A stretch of 64,000 bases of DNA, from the NCBI RefSeq assembly GCF_009914755.1, contig NC_060934.1; one strand, 5' to 3'. This DNA is from the human T2T-CHM13v2.0 reference genome, Homo sapiens. Shown piece after piece: positions 57,378 through 64,000 of the stretch. A program made the translations under genes and the position numbers. A model generated the notes under the pieces. That model saw nothing but the letters and a program-made list of their open reading frames with translations. It made no database searches and had not been told where the DNA came from. Within the stretch, counting starts at the first letter, position 1, and the number at the start of each line of letters is the position of its first letter.

Positions 57378-58334
57378 CCTGTTCCTTTTTCATCCACGCT
57401 TTGGAAGAAGATGGTGTCAGGGTCATAGAAGACCCTTAGAGAGGAGACATGGGGTGGGGTGGTTTAGGCATTAGTAGTGGCCATGTTTCCCCTACCCTGA
57501 ATGGGGCTTTGCCCAGGGCTGTTCCATCGGGTTTATCTGGGCCTCACAGACGTCTAGAGTTTTCTTCATCTTGTTGTGTCTGGGTCTGCACAATACTGAG
57601 GAATTGTCTGGCAAGAAACAAAGCTACTCATGTTCTAGGACATAGTTCCATGGCTAAGCATGAAAACAAGCAAGATCCAAGTGTTCAAGGGCCCCTGCAA
57701 CCCTGACATGCCTCCTAGGTGGCTGGCCATGTCTGCATGGGGTCACTGCGGCCCAGGACTCAGACTTTCCTCTAGAAGTTGGTTTTGGCAGTGTACCCAG
57801 GGAGACTGAGTCACCAAGCAAACTGGTAAGAGAATGCAGATAAACGTGGTTCACTTCCAGGAGGATCACAACTGCCAGCAGAGAGTATTCGGGGGGCTCC
57901 CCGCAGAATTCTCTTGGGGGAGAAGGTAGGTGGGAGTTAGGGGCCATTGTGTGTGGCGAGGCAGAGAAGGGAGAATTCGGGCTACTGTCCTGGCTGCTCT
58001 GGCAGAGCCAAGGTGGTGTGATACGTGAGTTTCTCAGTCCATTTTCCATTCACTTATTCTCATGGCAGATGGTGATCTCCTTTGGGGAGGTGAGGCCCGT
58101 CACTACTTAATGTGGCAAGGTTGCGGGTTCCAACATCCTGCTCTTTTTCTACTCTACCCCTCCCCTTGTTTTCAAGACTTTGAGAGGAATTTTCCAGAAT
58201 CAAGCTTTCTGGCTCTCCTTCCTCTTTTGCTTTCATAAGGACAAACACTATTCGGGGGAGAGGGCGGGAGAGATATTGAGAGCCAAGGCACATGAGACAG
58301 CACGGGCAGCAGGGTGCTGCCTCGTGAGCTTGCC

Positions 58335-59736
<1,402 letters not shown>

Positions 59737-59844
59737 TATTTCTTTTCTTCTTCTTTTGCTTGACCAATAAATTAGGACATCTTAAAACTTTTGAGAAATA
59801 CACAAAAAGCTCAAGCCATCCTCCACATCTTTTATTTTTTTTTT

Positions 59845-60036
59845 AAGGAAGATAAAACATATTCATTATTCCTTAAGTGGAAGTGAATCCTCATAAAGGT
59901 CTTCCTCTCTGTCGTCTTCATGTTGAGTAGACTGGGAAGGAGGAAGAGGGGGCTGGTCTTGCTGTCTCAGGGGTGGCAGAGGCAGGAGAAAGTAGGTGTA
60001 CCTGTGTGATTCAAATGTGTTGTTCAAGGTCAACTG
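59845..60036 (-). mobile_element. Tigger2/MER28-type DNA transposon fragment
   Basis: Minus strand cagttgaccttgaacaacac...ctgccacccctgagacagcaagacca; flanking TA. Confidence 0.8.
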
Positions 60037-60225
60037 TATATGGTTGGCTCTCACGATCTAATATTTTACATAGGAATCTTATATCTCTGTCTGTCATAAA
60101 TAAAATGAACTTAAAATTTCCTTTTCTTTTACTTTTTGTTTTACCAATCAAGGTTATGCTAGCCTCAGAAATGACTAGAGTTGCTTTTATTCTTTTCTAT
60201 TTTCTGGAACAATTTACTTAGATAA

Positions 60226-60987
60226 ATCATCTGAGGTCAGGAGTTCAAGACCAGACTGGCCAACATGGTGAAATGCTGTCTCTACTAAAGATACAAAAAA
60301 AATTAGCCAAGCATGGTGGCACAAGCCTGTAATACCAGTTACTCAGGAGGCTGAGGCAGGAGAATCGCTTGAACCTGAGAGGCGGAGGTGGCAGTAAGCC
60401 GAGATGGTACCACTGCACTCCAACCAGGGTGATAGCATGAGACTCCGTCTCAAAAAAAAAAAAAAAGAAAAAGAAAAGAAAAGAAAAGGAAATGCCCACA
60501 GGAGATGGAGTGACAGGGTCGGGGCAGAGAGAAATGGAAACTTACTGGAGGGTTTGCCGGGACTTAAGTTGAGCAATTTGAGTCACTTCACCCAGAGCCA
60601 GGCTATGGCTGCTGTGTATTCTCCTCACATCCACTTAATGAGACACTAAGTCCACTAGATTGGAGAAAAATATATGATATTTGTAGAAAAATAATAATTT
60701 TTTTTGAGACAGAGTCTCGCTCTGTCACTCAGGCTGGAGTGCAGTGGCACAATCTTGGCTCACTGCAACCTCCACCTCCTGGGTTCAAGTGATTCTTGTG
60801 CCTCAGCCTCCCGAGTAGCTGGGATTACAGGTGTGTACCACCACACCCAGCTAATTTTTGTATTTTTAGTAAAGACGAGGTTTTGCCATGTTGGCCAGGC
60901 TGGTCTCGAACTCCTGACCTCAAGTGATCTGCCCGCCTTGGCCTCCCAAAGTACTGGGATTACAGGCGTGAGCCACCACACCTGGCC
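60226..60987. mobile_element. Tail-to-tail Alus (60226-60488 +, 5'-truncated; 60697-60987 -)
   Basis: Alu consensus. Confidence 0.92.
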
Positions 60988-61687
60988 TCTCCATGTCTTT
61001 TCATGACTTGATAGCTCATTTCTCTTTAGAACGGCATCATATTCCATTGTTTGGATGTTCCATAGTTTATCCATTTACCTACCAAAGGACATCTTGGTTG
61101 TTTCCATATTTTAACAATTACCAATAAAGCTGGTATAAACATCTATGTGCATGTTATGAATTGGTTTTTCGAACCCCCAACATGACATTGTGTGGATAGT
61201 CTCAGTCTCTGTTCTCAATCATGTGTGAGTTACAAATAATTTATTGAAATAAGAGCCCCCTCCCCGTGTCTTTGGCTGGTGATGATGGAAGGGTTTGTTT
61301 CAGTGTTTTGTTTGGTGTCTCACTTCTCTCCCTCATACATGGGATTTTTCTCAAGAGCAAATAGTGACACTTGGTGTCTAATGAGCAACTTCTGATTGCT
61401 CCCAGACTACCATGCTTGTCACCTCACTCTCTCTGGGGCAGCGGGTAGGTCCTAGCTTGGTTTGAACGTTTTAACCTGGCTATGGCTGGCACAGGATCAC
61501 GGAAATGCGGTTGCTTGTGTTTGTTGTTACAGCAGCATTTGGAAGCACTGGTAGGAGTTAGATGACATTGGCTGGCACAGAAGTGTGGGAACAAAGGTGA
61601 TCCTGGAGAAAAACCACTCCACTGTCCTCTCAAGGCTGGACCGAGCTCAGTGAATTCAGCTATGTGAGCACCTCACCAGGCACTTGC

Positions 61688-62005
<318 letters not shown>

Positions 62006-62865
62006 AGGATCATTTTCAATAATTGCCCTGCTAATGTCTCATTCTACTCACGGAAGGTCCTTCTCTGACCTTTCCTTCCCAAACAGCTCAATTGTTCTAG
62101 GTGAGTCTGAATCACAGCCTGATCAGCGGCTAAATTAGGATTCCACTCAGCACCCTGGGGTTAGGGTGGCCCTATAATGAGTCTCCTAGGGAGCTAGCTA
62201 TCTGCGTCCGTGTCAAGCAGAAGGGAAAAACAAAAACAAACCAACAAAACCAACAAAAACCCCAGCAAACTCTGCTCCTAATTGGCTTTCTTCTTTGATC
62301 TCTGACCTGGTTCCTTGACTACTCTAATCTCAACTCCCTTTACTTCTTCCCATAAAGCAAGTGGGGTTGACTAGGTAGTCTTGAAGTTTCCTTCTATCTT
62401 TCATAGTTTCTAGGACCATGACCTAGGAGAAATCATCAATCTGCGCTAGCCTTGGTGTTATTGTAGCTGTAAAAGAATCATCGTATTAGAGGAACATTTA
62501 CGTTATTGGGAGCGTTTTCTGAAGGGCCGCCTTTGTGATACCCAGGTTAGTAGGAGGGAAGTTGGCCAAGCCCTAGTTGGACATTTGGGGTGAAGATGGG
62601 GCATTAGCAGAGCTAGGGAATGAGTTAGGAGGATGTCCAAACTAGTAAACTCGGAACCAGTAAATTACCAGAATACAGTTGCAGTTGGGTTGTTTATAAG
62701 TGATTTTGTAGTGAAGCAGTTTCATCTCTCATGAGGGCTCTACCCTAACTTACCTGGGGCTGTAAAGGCTGCCAGGAGTTCTAGCTGGCCATTAAAAAAA
62801 CAAAAACAGGTGTGCATTCGTCCTTGCTCCCACGCACTCCCAGTTTGCACTTAGATGTAAGGAGC

Positions 62866-62908
62866 GGGGGGGGGGGGGGGGGGGGCGGGGGGTGGTGGTG
62901 GGGCGGGG
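62866..62908 (+). repeat. G20 homopolymer plus G-rich extension
   Basis: 20 consecutive G at 62866-62885, then cggggggtggtggtggggcgggg. Confidence 0.93.
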
Positions 62909-63219
62909 ATTGAGTTAACTTCCTTTTGCCTGCTGCAGAGCAAGTGCAGGAGGCGAATGGGGGAAGAACATAGTCTTCCCTCTAGACTCGGAACGCGTTA
63001 TTGACAGACAGGAAAAGTGCCCGGTCTGCGAAAGTTCAGCTGGACCTCCGGGACATCAACTCCCTGTGCCCTAAGAGCTGACCGCTGTCAGATGCGTTAT
63101 CTAGGTCAAGAGATGAATGATGTGCCGCTGCTGGGGCAGACGCCGTCTCTCTGCTCTCCCTGTGAGCTGAAACCAGCAGTGTTTGCAAGCTTGTAGGGAG
63201 TGTGGAAGAAGGCCCCCTG

Positions 63220-64000
63220 GTCCGCTTGCCTCGCCTGTACGTGTGCAAAATCGGTGGGCAAGCAGCGGGCGCGCAGGTGCACCGTCATTCCCCAGGAACC
63301 GCGGGCGCTCTTTGCAGGGGTGCAGCCGCTCTCCCCGCGCGCAGCCTACAGCCCTCCCCGACCCCCGCGAACCCCAGGGCGGGAACTCGTCCCGGTGGCG
63401 CGGGCGCTCGCTGCCTGCTGTTTCCCTCTTCGGGTCAGCCCACTCTTATTTCAGGAGTGGAGTGGGACTCTCCCCTGGGCGTTTAGGGTGTCGCCTCTGG
63501 CATGTGCTCCCACTGCAGAAAACAAGTCCAAATGCAACGCATCGGGTTTCTGAACAGCCGCCAGAGCGCGGAAACCAGACCGTCAGCAAAGCTGTCGCGG
63601 GAACAGGGGCTCTGAGAGGGCGGCGCGGGGGGCGGGGTGCCGGAGTGGGGGTCGAGGCGGGAGGGGGAGTGGGGGTCGAGGCGTGGGGGAGGGTGGCGGG
63701 GCACAGGCCAGGTGGCCGATGTTGCGCGTTCCGGGGCCCCTCGGCAGGCGGCGGGTCGGGAGGAGTGGAGGCCCGGGTGGGGCGGGCGCGCGGGGCGGGA
63801 GCAGCCCCGGTCGCCGCCTGGGCGCGGGCGCCCTCCCTGTGGAGCATGCGGGACGTGAGCGACGTGTGGCAGCCTCTGCGCAGACTTTTCCGCCGCGGTG
63901 TAGGTTTCAGCGAGCGCCGCCTTCCCTCCAATCACAGCCCAGCCTCAGCGCTAAGTGTGCACCTCTCTGCAAGGCGGCGCAGCGCTCCTGTACTGAGGCT
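63220..64000. promoter_or_regulatory. CpG island 3, probable promoter, truncated by the window end
   Basis: Dense CpG, several GC boxes, CCAAT at 63928-63932, duplicated ggagtgggggtcgaggcg at about 63642-63683. Confidence 0.8.

Overview
Primate (human-like) genomic DNA with no protein-coding exon that I can recognise. About 60 Alu copies or fragments make up roughly a quarter of the window, alongside old L1, L2, L3, MIR and DNA-transposon relics. There are three CpG-island promoter-like regions: about 6.85-8.1 kb (probably firing on the minus strand, with a GC-rich VNTR), about 25.6-26.5 kb (probably plus strand), and about 63.2-64 kb (cut by the window edge). Well-defined insertions are a 3'-truncated tailless 7SK retrocopy and three minus-oriented solo LTRs with intact target-site duplications: HERV-K LTR5, HERV-H LTR7B-like and ERVL MLT2A. 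Two structures are not explained by ordinary repeat annotation. (1) An old non-Alu inverted duplication at 54156-55119 has about 235-250-bp arms, each ending in a CA/GT microsatellite, and lies about 650 bp downstream of the LTR7 whose poly(A) signal is mutated, so it could yield a long hairpin/dsRNA. (2) A 49-bp segment duplicated 1474 bp apart carries two perfect, extended estrogen response elements (GGAGGTCAtggTGACCTCC). I could not identify the locus or genes. Repeat family names come from remembered consensus sequences, and boundaries of old repeats are approximate.
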